A stretch of DNA of 64,000 nucleotides. It comes from Amphiscolops sp. MND2022 (Eukaryota). The DNA lies in assembly GCA_964187785.1 (NCBI GenBank), contig OZ076409.1, positions 81,470,001 through 81,534,000 of the forward strand, in the 5' to 3' direction. The position numbers were made by a program, and so were the translations under genes. The notes beneath the pieces were generated by a model. It worked only from the letters and a program-made list of their open reading frames with translations, was not told where the DNA came from and did not search any database. This document shows positions 39,481 to 53,720 of this stretch, piece after piece (positions within the stretch are counted from its first letter, which is position 1; each line of letters begins with the position of its first letter).

Positions 39481-40099
39481 ATGACAGCACGCCTGTGACA
39501 AGGGGGATGGAGCAGGCGTAGTAGTGAGCAGGAGCCTTAGTTTGGCAATAGTGATATTGAAGCAGGAGAATAGATCACTATCAAACGTATTCTCAGGAAA
39601 CTAGGAAAAGGAATTGAAACTAAAAAAACCTTTACCATCTACGTCTTTCGAAGACGGCAGCATTACGATACATATGCCGCAAAAGTGGAATTCATCATCA
39701 AGTGTAAAGCCTAGTTTCCGTAAAACGAGAGCGAACCCTATTCTAGTCAAACAATGCATCCTGTTCATCGCGGATTGCGATGCACTGTGTAATCCGAAAC
39801 TTTGGATTGTGATCATTGAGCGTAATGAAAGAGACGTGGAAACCAGTAAAGGTTGTTGGTACACACCGTGAAATAAAATAACTCCAAACGATGCTTACAT
39901 TCGTGTGTGAAGTTAAAACCAGTCAAAGTACGTAAAAGTAAAGAGTGTAAAGTAGTCATTTACTGTCTTTTGATGACTACGCGTAACGCCAAATCACACA
40001 GTGTACCGAGCGAAACTCCTAACGCGTATCTGAACTAAAAAAGCGTTTTTATTGGCTGTTAATCGAACTAGCAAGATTTTGCTACTTCGTTGCGGCATA

Positions 40100-43000
40100 T
40101 GTGTCGTAATGAACGTTTTACCCAACTTTCCAACTTTGCAGACGGATATTGTAAACGTGTCAGACATCGAAGCGTGTTGGGCGTCTTAGGCATAGGAGGA
40201 GTGCCAAATCCAAACTGAGGAGGGTTCTTTGTTGGAAAAACCGAGCTGTACCACCAATGCAACAGTCAATCAAACACCTAATTTTCTGATCTTACATTTG
40301 CTATGTCTATATTTTTTGAAAACTTGAATATCAAAGAACAACAACACGTTGCCGGAATAACGACGCTTTTACGTCGCATTCTAGATGATTCACAGCGAGT
40401 GGTTGAAAACAAAAAAAACACTGCAACAAATAAAATCTTCAAAAATAGGAGAGCAGGCGGTCAAGTCAATGATAGAATGATTTGTAAAGTTCAGAATCTT
40501 TTTAAATATTTTGAACAGAACGTTAGAACGAAGTTTAAATTGCATCCCTGAATTTTCGATTGCAGCTTCATCAAAGTACCGCAAAAAAAACGACGAGTTG
40601 CTTGCAGTCATTGTGAAAAAAAAACATTCTGTGGCCGAGAAGATCTGAAGCGCCACAAAACCGAGAACTTCACGATTACGAGTGACATCATTAAGTGAAC
40701 CAGTGCTCTTCGTGTCCCTTTAAAAACAAACATCTGTCTACAAAAATCTGTCTACAATTCTTGTTACATTTCATAGGGTACATAATCAACTTACTTTTAA
40801 AATTTGTTCTTATGCGTCCCCGCCTTTGAGCAAACAGAGTCTCTCTATGATCATCAGGAAGAAGTGAATAATTTGTCTCGCCCTTTAACTGCACTAAAAA
40901 GTAATGATAAACAGACCATGACTACAAAAATTATTATATCACTCAAGGTCCACATAATCATGTGTAACGAAAATGAGGAACTATTCGAAATCATGATGGT
41001 TAAAAAGGCAGAAATTAACTGCATTCTAGTCCAAAACATCCACAAACAGTTTGCGATTGTCAAAAAGTACTATTTTGTGCAACAGCGTAATTGGAAATGT
41101 CAATTCGGGCAACGAGACGACAACGGGCTGAAATTCTTCGTAAGGTGTAATATCCAGTATACAAAAAGGGTCTGAAAGACGATGAGTAGCTTGGAATGTT
41201 GGAGAAGATGTCGTCCACTTTTTACACCTTCACAGCTTCAAGAAGCGGTTTATCGTTGACAAAACAACGCAGCTTTAAATTAGAGCAGCGCTTTTCATCC
41301 CTTTGACGAATTCCTCATACATTGCGCTACCCAACAAACTACAAAGCTGCAATTCATTTTTGAATAGACTCACCCGTGAAGACCACAACTGTTCTCTATA
41401 TTGTTTTACTGCTGTTTAGCACCGAAAGTATGCATCAGCACCTAATCCACCCGGACAACACCTAGGAAGCATGAAAACTGATCCCGGAAAATATTCGGAT
41501 GCTAACCTTGTGACTCATCAGCCAATTGTTGAGTTCGACGAACCCATGGGACTTGCACAAAGTCCACGATTCGAAGATATCAACAAAAGCCCAATCAACA
41601 TTTTGCACTAAGTAATTCGGATTATCAAACTCATTTCATTGATAATTAAAATAGCAAAAACACCAGTGTTAGAATTTTTCGAAGCTAATACAAAGTTCAT
41701 GCACTACGACAGCACAAAGTCCATTATATTGAAATGTTCGAAGAGAAATCTTTTGTACCTGTTCGAGTTTCAGAAAGAAATGACATTTTTATCGACATTA
41801 CCTTGTTGCTGTTGGACGATGGTTTCACACACCACTGTGTTCTGATAACAAATTTCAAAGCATTAATTCGCACAGTGATAAAACGAACAACCAACAAGGA
41901 GGAAATACTATGTAGAAATTACAATTCAAGATGGTTTGCACCAGTAACAAAGCTTTTTGATTTGAAAGTGATGATTCAACCACTGGCTCAATATTGTCGA
42001 GAAAATCAGAAAACTGAGACAGACAAACAGCAAATGCCAGGTGGGTTTTGTTCGGAAGGAGTTTGTTAGAGCACGCAAAAAGGAACCTTTGTTTCTTCAA
42101 ATCAAAGATTTGAAGATTGTATAAAAAAACTGACAAAAGCAGTGGAAACTATTGCCCGAGATTTCCATCAGAGAAAACCTACTCTCGAGTGAAGCACCCG
42201 TGGACCATGATAAACTAATCAAGTGCTGGATTTGTGAGAAAGCCTTCGGGAAATACGCTAAAGTGCTGGATCACTGCCATTCCCAAACTAAATTCTCTAT
42301 TTTTCCCTATCATTGCATACAACCTAACAAACTACGACTTACAATACCTGTGCAAAAAGCATCATCGCTTTGCCGAAGACTGCAGAATCATTGCCATATC
42401 AGACAAGCCAAAAGTATTTCTAGTGAGTTTTTGTTCCACCAGAGAAATAAAGTTGCTTGGACAAACTCTTCCGAGGTTACCCAGAGGAAAAATATTTCTG
42501 CTTCATGCAAACAATTTTTATCCTTACTCCTATTCAATGATGGTGCAAGAATTGAAGCAACTGTACATTTGACAGCTGGAAATTTTCGCACAGAGAAAAA
42601 GAGGTAAGCACAACCGACAATAGATGGAATCACGCAAACTTGGTTTTCAAAACATTTGGCTGGAAAAACCTAGGCGACTATAATGAAATTTATTCGAAAA
42701 CACATACACGTCTTCTCGCCTGTGCGGTGGAAGAAATCAGAACAATGTCCCACGGAACGTACAAATCAATTCGTACACTTCTCAACAACGCCTTTGTCAA
42801 GCAACGCCATCTTTTGATCGTTCGAGGGGGTTCTTTGTCTAATCACCGACAAAGGTCACCTAGAGATGGTTGGAAACATTATACCAGGAGGAGTGTCTTC
42901 AATTCACGAGAAGCGTCATCCAAAGTGTAACAATCAATGAGTATCATTCGACTCGGAAGGAAACTTTTGGAATTTTGACGCCAACAACCTTCATGGAGAA

Positions 43001-44230
43001 TTTAGTGAAAAGATTCCGTTACCGTTGAACAATTTTGAATACAACATAGAATGCAGACTTGCAGACAAGACTGAACACTCCGAACGACTCATCAACTGGC
43101 TTTGTCTTCGCAGTTGACCTAGAATATCCAGATAAACTCCATGGTTAACACCGCATTTTTCCGCTGGCACCAAAGGAGAGTTTTTCGGACCATGGTTCTG
43201 ACTCCTGTCAACAGAAACTTTTGAAGAGAAACATTATAGCACACTGCTACAGCACGACAAACAAATTGGTTCAGACACTCTTTGGAAAGACGAGCTAAGC
43301 CGTGCACTATATTACTCTCTAAATGTATGTCATTCTGGGATTGAATGTTGCAAAAGATCATAGACCACTACAGTTTACACAAGACACCTGATAGAAACGT
43401 TACATTCAGCTGAATACATTAGAGTCTGAAGAAACCAAAACAACTTTGGAAAAAATTTTCTACAAGCTCATAAAAAATGATGCTACGGAAAGACTTTAGA
43501 AAGCAACGGACAGGGGTCAGTTTATCTCTTCTTTGTCACGAAGAGGAAGTCAGAAAGGTATCTGCCAACCATGTGGTCCAGGAGCTCAGAATATCTTATA
43601 TTAAAAATACAGTAGCGGTAATACCCAGAAAGCGAAATTTTTTATAGAACAAGTCTGACATCGTGGGTTTTACTATTCTGAATTTGATAAAAGTCCACAT
43701 GTATTGCTTTCATTCTGATGTAACAAGAAAGAACTTTTTTCGCAGTCTGCTCTACTCGGATAGTGATTTGCTGCTTTGTGAGATTGAAGTGAAACGTTAG
43801 GATGGCTACAAAGTACTCGATACCAGCAAGCACCCAAGATACACTTTGATTTGTCCAACTATCCTCCCTCTCATTATCTCTACAACAGTACACAGGAACT
43901 AGTGACACTCAAGTTCAAGGATGAGTTTGCCAAAAATCCGAATCAATACTTAATTGTGTCGGAGCCCAGACTGTATTTCATCCTCTCAGATGATAAACAA
44001 AAACGTTCAGCCAAAGGCGTCAGCCAATCCGCTCATCGAAAATTCAAGCATGAATTGTACCGTCAGGTTCTACTCACTGGTCTATCATTCCGAGCAACCA
44101 ATAGCCGAATAGGTTCAGTTAACCACCAATTACAGACAATCAGAACAACCCAGGTGTCTTTCAGTTGCATTGATGACAAGCGATTAATTAAAGAAGATGG
44201 TAATACCGGTTTTCCGCTGGGGCATTATGG
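40100..44230 (+). pseudogene. Protein-primed family B DNA polymerase (Polinton/adintovirus pPolB), heavily decayed
   Basis: Ordered motifs SSYIALP...DHNCSLYC; CWICEK...VLDHCH; YNLTNYD; LGDYNEIYSKTHTRLLA; FDANNLHG; VDLEYPDKLH...FPLAP; FYKL; VGFTIL; LLYSDSD; FDLSNYP...KFKDE...SAKGV; DDKR...PLGHY. 5' boundary is approximate. Confidence 0.9.
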
Positions 44231-44939
44231 AATGAGAGACAATGCTCTTCATCAAGACATTTTGGACGATGTTGATTGGGGAGAAGATTCAACACCCCCA
44301 GTCCAACCTCTACTGACTTTCTACCACTTGGGTGGTTGCCAATCAATGAAAAAACTCCGAGCAACGCTCTAGGACTCCCAACGGATGCCATAATGCATAC
44401 GATCGAACGAGAGTCCGGTTAACAGAAGCAGATTTGCATCAGAGAAGCTATTCGGAAGAGGACCTCTTGGACTCACGCCACGAAAACCAATCGAAATGAA
44501 AGAAGGAGAAGATTATCTGGAAAGCTTTATTCTATCATTCTATTAAGACCAAAGGCGGGGATCCTCGGGCACCCCCAGCAGTCATTTCGGTGATATTCAA
44601 GTGGTTGCCCAGTATACCAACTTGCTTTGTGATATCGAACGATATGTGATTTTTGGAAGTGACGAGAAGCCAAGGAAACAACGGAAACGGGCATTATTCA
44701 ATGATTCGGAGAGCGACTGCGAAAAAAAATTTGATAAATTTTCATCAAGTCATTGTTTTTGAAAGATCAAACAACTTTGTCTTGTTTGAATATTTGCTGT
44801 AAAATTCTTGTAGTGGCTCCAAAAGTTCTGCGAGAAATCAGCATCTGCTTTCTTTTCATTTCATGGTCTGGGCAACAGCGAATCGGGTTGAGAAGTGAAG
44901 AAATGTCATCGGACAGAAAATCGGACCCATATGAGATGG

Positions 44940-45450
44940 ATCACTGGGAAGCATATGAAGGATACATGCAGTATATGTTTCACTATACAAGACCATTCAG
45001 CACCCCAAAACCGTCTAAGGTTGGGTATACGCAATATATAGGGTATATGCAGCCTATTTTATTTTTTACACTAGCATACCATATGCCAAAACAACCTAAG
45101 CTTGGATATACACAAGCATATACATGGTATATACAGTCTTTATTTCTTTATAAAGTAGCATACCACATGCGAACACCGTCTAGGTTGAACTTGCGCAAGC
45201 TTTTATAGTAATTGATCTAGAAGCATACTGTAGGCCAAATTATCAAGATTGAATGATAATACGCAAGCATGAATTGGATATATGCAGTCTATTTTTTTCT
45301 TAGCATAATAAATGCAGAAACTATCTGAGTTTGGATATACACAAGCATATTAATTATATGTTATTGCAGTCTAGCTTTCGTTATATAGTAGCAATATAGT
45401 AGCATAACACATGCCAAAGCAAGCTGAGATTGAATACACACAAAGAAAAA
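44940..45450. repeat. Degenerate ~75-bp tandem repeat
   Basis: Recurring AGCATACCA.ATGC.AA.C..CTAAG.TTGGATATACACAAGCATAT units. Confidence 0.7.
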
Positions 45451-46977
45451 GAGCATCAAAAACGTTGCGTCTGCAAGTAACCTCCTTTAAAAAGTGAGAG
45501 AACTCGATCTGTACACACACTCCGGAACAAGCTTTCAGGGTCACCGCAGCAAGATGTTTACTTCAGTGGGAGCAAGATCCGAGACACCTGTTGAGGATCC
45601 ATGGGTTCTCCTAACCAATTACTTCTATTCCCCATCGCTTTTTCAACCGAGCCTTGATCTGTTTCCATCAACATCGTGATTTATTTGGAACCCAAATAAA
45701 ACCTTCTTCGAACCGACTTCTTGTCCAAGGTTCAACTGCCAGTGGAAACAACTCCGACAGAAACATTTGCTTTCAAATGAAACCAAAGCAATGCAATCCG
45801 TAGAGGAATCAGTCGATAAGTAAAGAGGACAACGACTACACTGCAACAGAATCATGAGAAGTTTTAACAACAAAGGTACAGTTATTTTTTTCTCAGCCTG
45901 AAACTTCTTATCTCAAGTCAGTCCAGAAAGGCCGAACTTAACGGTTTCCAAATTTATCGCTGTTTATTCAAGTCATTGTGATATTCGATCAAAACTAATG
46001 AAACAAAAACATTGGAAGCGCTTGAAAATCAGCAGTTTCTTGTCAGTGTGATTGCTCACATAGTGGTGGGATAATTCTCTCAGAACTTCAATGAGCGCTT
46101 CAATCAAGATCATACTATTATTTCCAGTGTTAAAGAGGCCGAAACCTCCCCGTATCTCGAGATAAGTTTTTCGAAATCAAGTGTTCCCCCAAAAAAAATT
46201 CAAAACGGTTACGCATTCTATGTGCTTTCGAAAGAGTCTCCAACGCGCGTTTCTTACCGTAGCGGCGATTGCGATTAATGATAAACGGAACAACTCTTTT
46301 TGAAGGCAGTCCAACCGTTGCTCCTAATTACTACAACAAAAGCTTTTCTCCTGCACTGGCTTGACCTAACATTGATGACCGTTATGAGTTGTCTCATTAA
46401 GATTCCCAAGCAGGAGGTTGGCAATTTTGGGCCACTAGAATCCAAAAATTCCTGCACCGAGGCTACTTTCTTAGTTTTTACAAGTCGCCCAGTATGTTCA
46501 TGAGGCTTCCAAGCACTTAGATAACTTTTGATCTGAAACTAGTAGTTATGAAACAAACAAAGAAATGATAAAGCACTGGGTAATAGTTAACGATGGTGGT
46601 GAACAAAATGACGTTATGACCGTGTGATAACGAAAATTCTTCTATTCTCACCACTGGAAGTATAATGAGATGAAACATGAATGCTTCAAAAATACCAGTT
46701 TCTACCAAAACGATGATAGATAGAGGTAAAATACCAAGGTATTTTTGCTACTTGGTAAAGGAGTTTAATGTATTTTTCAGTTTGATTGTTAGAAACTCGG
46801 ATCCATCGTCCATTTACCTTCTTGTAGAATGTACATCCAGTCAAATTGTTCGTTTAAAAGCCGCTACGAGCTCAGAAAGCTTTATTTTGAAGTACAAATC
46901 AAGATATTTTTGCTTGTCGTGGTGCAGTGGTAAGCCATCTGACAGCGGGTCGGGGATTCGGTCTACACCAGCACCCG

Positions 46978-47495
46978 TTTTTAGTCGGCGCCTTTTCCCT
47001 TAAGGAAAAAAGCCCGACTCTTACAGTGAGTAGTTTTTTTTTTTTGTTTTTTTCAGTTGACAATCTCACTCTGAGTGGTCCACTTTTCTTACAATTCTGC
47101 AATTCTGCGCAGAAGGCAAACTTTACTCCAAAAGGTCCCCCTTTCAGTTTTTACTTTTTCAAGGAAACATACACAACCGGACGTGCCCAAAGGGTCCCCC
47201 CTTTGGATTTTTTTCGGCACTGTGCGACTTTTTTTCGAAAATTTTTGAAATTTATCAAAGGGTACCCCCTTGCATTTTTTTTGAAATTTTCGGTTTGTAG
47301 AAAACGTTGAATGAGCCTGAATGGCCTTTTTTTGAGTTTTTCGGCATTTTGCGACTTAAAAATACTTTTTTTTCGAAAAAAAATTTCAAAAATAATTTTT
47401 TTGAAAATTTTTTTTTCCAAATTTTTACAATAGTTGTTCCTTGAATATTTTTGAGCCTAAGATATGGCGCCGACTTGGGACGTTCCCGTCTTGTT
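46978..47495 (+). mobile_element. DINE-1/HINE-like element (family A)
   Basis: TTTTTAGTCGGCGC...GGCGCCGACTTGGGACGTTCCCGTCTTGTT. Confidence 0.85.
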
Positions 47496-48477
47496 CTTTT
47501 AACATTTAGAACCAGACTACGCTGAAACCTTGAAGCATATGCTCTTCCACTACTCATTCGTTCCATTGGGGGTGTCAGATTCGAGCTTTTTTCAGCTCAT
47601 CAAGGTTGATTTTCAAACAAGTTCTAAAAAGTTAGGAGATCTGGTCATGACACAAACCAATGCAGAAAAATAACAGAAACAAATTTCGCCATATGCGAAA
47701 CGAATGAAAAGAAAAAGAAAACTGTATATTTCATTAGTTTGTTTTCATTTTTAGGTAGTTGAATTTCGTCGAAGAGCCTCTAATAGTTTGGGTATACAGT
47801 AGCGAGAAGTTGCCGTATTTAGTAGTTTTTTCACATAAAAAATATGTGGCTGCTTAGAATTTCCTGTATAGAGAAAATGGAAGCAGTATCTTGAAACGCC
47901 TAAATAGAACCGAGAGGTGTTAAAATTCTCAATTTTTCCAGCAGTTTTGGAACATTTTTAGGTGGCAAAATATAACATCATGAGCGCGACTGTTGAGTGG
48001 CAATATGTGTTTCTTTTTTGTCCGAAATTGAAATGTATGCGTAGTGACACTAAGTTACGGGAACGGCAAGAGAAAACACATCTAAGTTAGTGCTAAGAGC
48101 CCCCTTCATTTATTCCATTTTCAACGTAACTTACAAAACCGGACAAGACTTAAGGGCCCCCTTTTTCTATTTTTTGGCACTGTGATTTTTCCGAAACTTT
48201 TTAAATGTCTCTAATGTGCTCCCCTTCAATTTTTCGATGTTACCCAACAGAATGGATGATTTCAAATTTTCGGCACAAGGAGACTGTTCATAATTCTGAT
48301 TTTTGTCTGACATCAGGTTTTTTAAATATATATCCACCAATATTTTTTGAGTTTCTCTAATCTTCAGCAGAAAACAATTAGTTACTTGGCATAATCGCGT
48401 ATACAAAAATATGTTCCTCTTCACAAATAGTGTCAAAATGAACCAAACCAATTGACAAATTAGTCATTTTCTTACCG

Positions 48478-49133
48478 TTTTTAGTCGGCGCTTCTTGAAG
48501 TGAAACGCGACTATTATAGTGACTCTTTTTTTTTCTATCCACACGAACTGACCAAAATAGTTCTTAAAAGTTCTACAAAATATTATGGTGTCAAATTGCA
48601 CCATTTGGCCTAGCGAACTGGACCAAAATGGTTTTACCTGTTTTTCCGCGTAACATACCATACCGGGCGAGACCAAAGAGTCCCCCCTTTCAATTTTTTT
48701 CGGCACTGCGAGACATTTTTTTCCGGATTTTTTTTTCGAAATTTTTTTCCCTCAAAGGGTCCCCCCTGCATTTTTTTGATGTTTTGCGACAGAATGGATG
48801 TTGGAAAATCCCAAAGGGTTCCTCCTTTCAATTTTTTTCGGCATTGTGAGATTTTTTCCCGAAAATAAAAAAAAAATTTTCTTCAATTTTTTCATGTTTT
48901 GCGACAGAATGGATGTTGAAAAACCTCAAAGGGTCCCCCCTTTCAGTTTTTCGGCATTGTGAGACGTTAGCGCGCCACTCGGTCCATTTTTTTAGTATGT
49001 AATTTTTTCAAAAAAAAAAATTCGAAAAATTTTCGATTTTCGACTACTGTAAAAGAATACTTGACACTTGGAAGTCTTTTTGCTATTTTTGAGCCTTGGA
49101 TATGGCGCCGACTTGGGCCGGTCCCGGCTTGTT
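48478..49133 (+). mobile_element. DINE-1/HINE-like element (family A)
   Basis: TTTTTAGTCGGCGC...GGCGCCGACTTGGGCCGGTCCCGGCTTGTT; internal ~120-bp tandem units. Confidence 0.85.
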
Positions 49134-51992
49134 AGCTGTTTCAACGACAAAAATTAGACATTTAGCATACTCTTGCTCAGGTGAAGTCGAATTTATTATT
49201 TTTTTTTTTTAAAAAAGAGAAAAGTTGAATTTGAAATATTTCAAAAGATTTGAATGTTTGTCGTTACTCTAATAGCACGGGGCCTAAAAAATCCAGGTGC
49301 TCAGTAGACGTGTTGTGTTTATTTATTCATGTGAACTTGACTTAGAAAAGTAAATATGAGCCGAGTAATTAATTTAATCTCCAGGTGCTTAGGTGTACAA
49401 AATTGTATGAAGCTGTTCAGTGCAGTTTTTCCCGAGGTAGAATGTTTCGGGAAATCGAAAAAAAACATATTTGTCACTAAATAGAACAAGATTTTTGGTT
49501 TAGAAATGACTCCTCTGATTTTGTTTTTCGTTTTCTCGAGAAACCAAAATTCTTAGATTCTGCTGTGTTTTTCAACTTTTTTCTCCAGTTTCTGTTAATA
49601 ACCTTAAAGCATAACGTTTTTACGCTTGCGAAAGTAGAGGGTAGTCTAAAGGCTCCCTGTTGAGTTGTTTTCGACACTTGGCGGCTTTTTCTGAAATTCT
49701 GTTTACTTAAGGGTCCCTCTTTAGTTTTTAGCCACGAGAAAGCGCTTTAAGAACCTCGAGAGCTCCTTTATGACTTTCCGGCTCTGTGGGATTTGCAGAA
49801 CTTTTTGAAATACCAATGAACATTGTTTCATCTCAAACCAATTTCCGTTTGACTTTCTAAGATTCCTGTTGAGGAAATCGTTTCTCAAGTCTTAAGGCAT
49901 TTTTTGGTCTTTTTGGTATCATCTGTGTTTTTTTGATACTGTGGAACTGATGAGTTTCTTTTTCCGGCTCTGTGCACGACTTTTTCGGCTGTGTGCGACA
50001 TTTTACCAAGGGTTTGTTTTCTTGTCTTTAGAGGATCGGTGTTTCGGGTTTTTGATGTTTTCAGTTAGGAAAACAATTTTTTTGATTCTAGAGGGTCACA
50101 CCTCTGGGTAATTTGGGCACTAAACAACTTTCATTCAAAGAAAAAAGTCACCAAAGTATCAGAAATTCAAGGAGTTTTTGAAACATCCAGTTGAGAAAAC
50201 GTCTTTTCCACGCTGAAAAGTTCTCCCTTCGAATTTTAATCGCCAATGCACTACTTGTTCGGTATTTTTTTTCATTTTCATTTTTCAAATTTCGTTTGTT
50301 TCCAAATTGAACTGGGTCAAAAACAATTTTTGACATACATAGAGAACGATAAAGATGTGGTGCTTCCATATTAAAAAAAATTCCGAATAAGGTCTTGCAA
50401 AGAAAAGCAGCGGAAAACTTATGTTTAAACGGCCTTTTTGCATTCCGGTATTATGTATACACGAGCTACTTTTCAGACCCAAAGAAACATTTTGGTTGCA
50501 AGAGACGTTAATTGAAATTTCTATTTTTCCCAGAGGTGTCTTTAAACAGTATACGAAAAATATGCGTCACTGCGCCTTTTGTAACACATAGGAATTGACA
50601 TTTGCTAATGGCTATTGCAGTAAAGTATAGAGTTTACCAATATTGAGTTGTTCGAACTCAACACATCTAAATTGCTGAAACTTTTTAGGGGTTTTAAGAA
50701 GTTTCCTTGATGGAAATAACTCAAATGGAATTCAAGGACAGATTTTGTAGACGAAATACATTTAAGGTGCTTTTATAGCAATTTAGATAGTAAAATCGAT
50801 TATCTTTCTCCCTTTAATTGGTACCACTTTTCATTTATTCGGCAGGAGTTTCCAAAATAGATTCTTCTAATTTGAGTATCGTATAAAACAGACAACCAAT
50901 ATGGAATTTTTTTCATTTTGCATTACACTCTTACACTCAATTCTCTAACTTAGCATGCTACACAATCATGTAAATTCATGCCACAGGAAAATATATTAAG
51001 TTGGCGAATTCGTTGCACCATTTTCATTTTTGGGATGTTAGGTAGCATCTATAATTCAGTTCAGTAACTAAAAGGTGCTATTTTCTTCTTTTTTCCAGGC
51101 GTCCCATTTGCGGAATAACTACCATGTGAAAACAGTCAAAGCTTTCTCCCCCAAAATGAAAGTTCTTCTTTTACCACAGCTAGAGCAATCACAGCTGAAA
51201 CTTGGATGTTGCACCATTGTTACATTATACCATACTGAAAACTTAAGTTCAGTTTTTGAGCTGATTCAGTGTGAAAGAACAATGTTCTCAAAAACGCTCG
51301 CATAGTTGAATAATTAAAAAAGACGCCTGTGATTTATGATTGGCATCTGTCAGTTCGTATGGCTCTCGCTGGTAACGTCAACTTCTTTTCAGGCGTCACT
51401 GAGTTTATCGTGATCTCTTTTTGAATTTTGTTCACGTCTCAAAGCTCGATGAGTTTCTTATTTGATAATAATAACCTTTGAAGAGATTTTCGAAGACCGA
51501 TTATAGTCTTTATCAATTAAGCCGGATTATAGAGGGAAAAAACGAAAATTGGATAGACGCTCTAGAAACAAAGTAATACAGCCGTCGTTCTTATGGGAAC
51601 TGGAAAAAGTTATTGTATTTTGCCCAAAATTGGACATAAACTCGGAGTTAACTGAATAAAATCATGATAATGAAGATGAATGTGTTTCTCCTTTAAACAA
51701 GTGGATTGTACTCATTTTTAAAGGGAAATGTTTTTTTAAATTTGTCTACTTTGACAACCTGGCTTCGAAAAAATCTTCAATTTAATCTCTTAGGTTCATT
51801 TCAATACACGATGAAAATGTCACTCTTCTCTTCTAAAAAATGCCAAGGAGCTTTGTTTGTTTTTGAACTCTGTTGAACTTCGTTTTAACAAAAACATACA
51901 AAAAGTGTACAGAATTTGCATAATTATATGCGTACAAACAATACTTTGGGCGAATTTCGCTCTTTTTTTGGCCATTTTTTGTAAATAGAGCC

Positions 51993-53720
51993 TGTCGCAG
52001 GCTGCCGCCTGTGACGGCACAAGGATTACAACAACGGCTGTTGGCCAGGATGTGGCCCCAGGAACTCTCCCTATCTATTAAAGTAAACTAAAACTTTCTC
52101 TTAAACTTTTACGTTGCTCATGTATTTTGTTGCCATATTATTTTAGAAAATAGCCAAAAAGGGCCGTACTGGGACGTATTCCCTTATTACCAAAACTTAG
52201 AATTATTGCACTTGTTGATTATTTATGGTCAACCTTAGTCTTGAATGTTAATTGTATATTAGTCTGTTAACATAGATTGTGTTGTGTTGTTGTATTATCA
52301 ATGCAATGTAGTAATAATCAAAGATTATGGTAAGCAACTTAGAGAAAGTACGGAAACGAGTTCAAATGGACTCTTGTACTTTCTTGCCAACGCCACTTGC
52401 GCTCACCCAATTAGCCAATCAGAGGCCTTCATTTTCGTGTGCTTTATTCTCTTTTGCCAATTACGGCCTTTGTACAAACCGGACGAAAGTGCTATTAATG
52501 CCGTTCAGGCAGTCGACCTAATCCGGCTTTTCAGTCCGCCATAAACAAAGCACTTGTGATTGATGCTAATTTCATGTAATGATATTTAGTTAATAGTTAG
52601 CTTTGTTAATCATGAAGTACCAATCTGAAGTGTTAATTGATGTTCTGTCGTACCATTAACAAATAGTTATCCAATTTGTTCTAAAATAGCTGTTGCATGA
52701 AATCTGATATTATTGCCTTATCAGGCCTTTTGCCATTGTATCCATGAAAGGTATTTAGACTAAACATATTTGTTGTGCTGCCACGTGCTAAAGTATGCGC
52801 ACTTACATCAACAAATACCTGTTCAATGAAAATATCTTGCCAAATATGTAAACGATGCTAACGGTTGAATGATTGTTCCTTTGATGTATAATATTTGGAA
52901 TAGATAGCGTTCATCCCGTGACCATCAAAAATGCAGTCATATGATATTGTCTTAGTCAAAGAATGTAAAGAATGAGAGTGTCACTCTTTCGGGGGTATAA
53001 ATACCTGTGCCTTTGAGAGAGGAGACACTCCTTAATTTGCTCTCTTCTGAAAAAGACTATCATATTAGTACAAACGGTTTCACTGTTATTTTCGAGATAT
53101 ATTCTAATTCAATTTTATACTTGAAGCTTTCCTTATGCCTACTACAAGAAAACAAAAGAAGGCTAGAAAGTCCAGAGGACTAGAGATCCTTTCTGATATC
53201 GAAAATCTAGATATGATGTTAGGAGGCGATCGTTACAATGGAACTGAAAGAGAAAGGAGTTTAGACAGTAACTCCGTTAGAAGGAGAGAAAGTGTCATAG
53301 ACAATAACTTGGACAATGAGGGCGAAAGCCTATTTTCAAATTGCAGAAACGATGAACCTAGGACAAGTGCCGATCTTGACCAATATTCGGCTGAAGCAAA
53401 CTCACTAGCTGAGATAAACAGGTTGTCTAGCGAATTGAACTCTAGGATATCCCGTGAGATGGATGAAATGATGAGTAATGTTGATACGCTGATCCAAAGG
53501 GCCATTAATGAGGCTATTAGCAGTCAAGTATTGCCTCAAATACAGAATGTCATAATGGCCGGATCAGGCCGAGAGACAAGAAGGGGATGGGAAGTCCCAG
53601 TTGAGAGATCGGAAGCAAATGCCGAGGAACAGCGAATTCCAAACGCTAAGGCCGACTGTAGAAATGAACAGAATGATGGATACCGATCTGGTGGACCATC
53701 TGCCCGTAATGTTCATGACA
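51993..53720 (+). repeat. 5' LTR (~1728 bp)
   Basis: Starts TGTCGCAGGCTGCCGCC, like the solo LTR start, and ends ...GTTCATGACA immediately before a TGG-initiated PBS. Same internal layout as the solo LTR (CCAAT motifs, TATA, gag start). Left flank GAGCC is the expected target-site duplication. Confidence 0.8.
52996..53001 (+). promoter_or_regulatory. LTR TATA box
   Basis: TATAAA 139 nt upstream of the gag ATG; equivalent TATATATA in the solo LTR at 17532-17539. CCAAT motifs at ~52407-52420. Confidence 0.6.

Larger units (their letters stand above)
33150..44700 (+). mobile_element. Decayed Polinton/Maverick (adintovirus-like) element or adjacent fragments of such elements
   Basis: Same-strand relics of an rve integrase, a penton N-terminus and a protein-primed PolB, plus small accessory ORFs. 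No terminal inverted repeats recognised; interrupted by an assembly gap. Confidence 0.75.

Noticed and set aside
45480..46900. Coding-like decayed stretch on the minus strand
   Set aside because: No motif I could assign with confidence.
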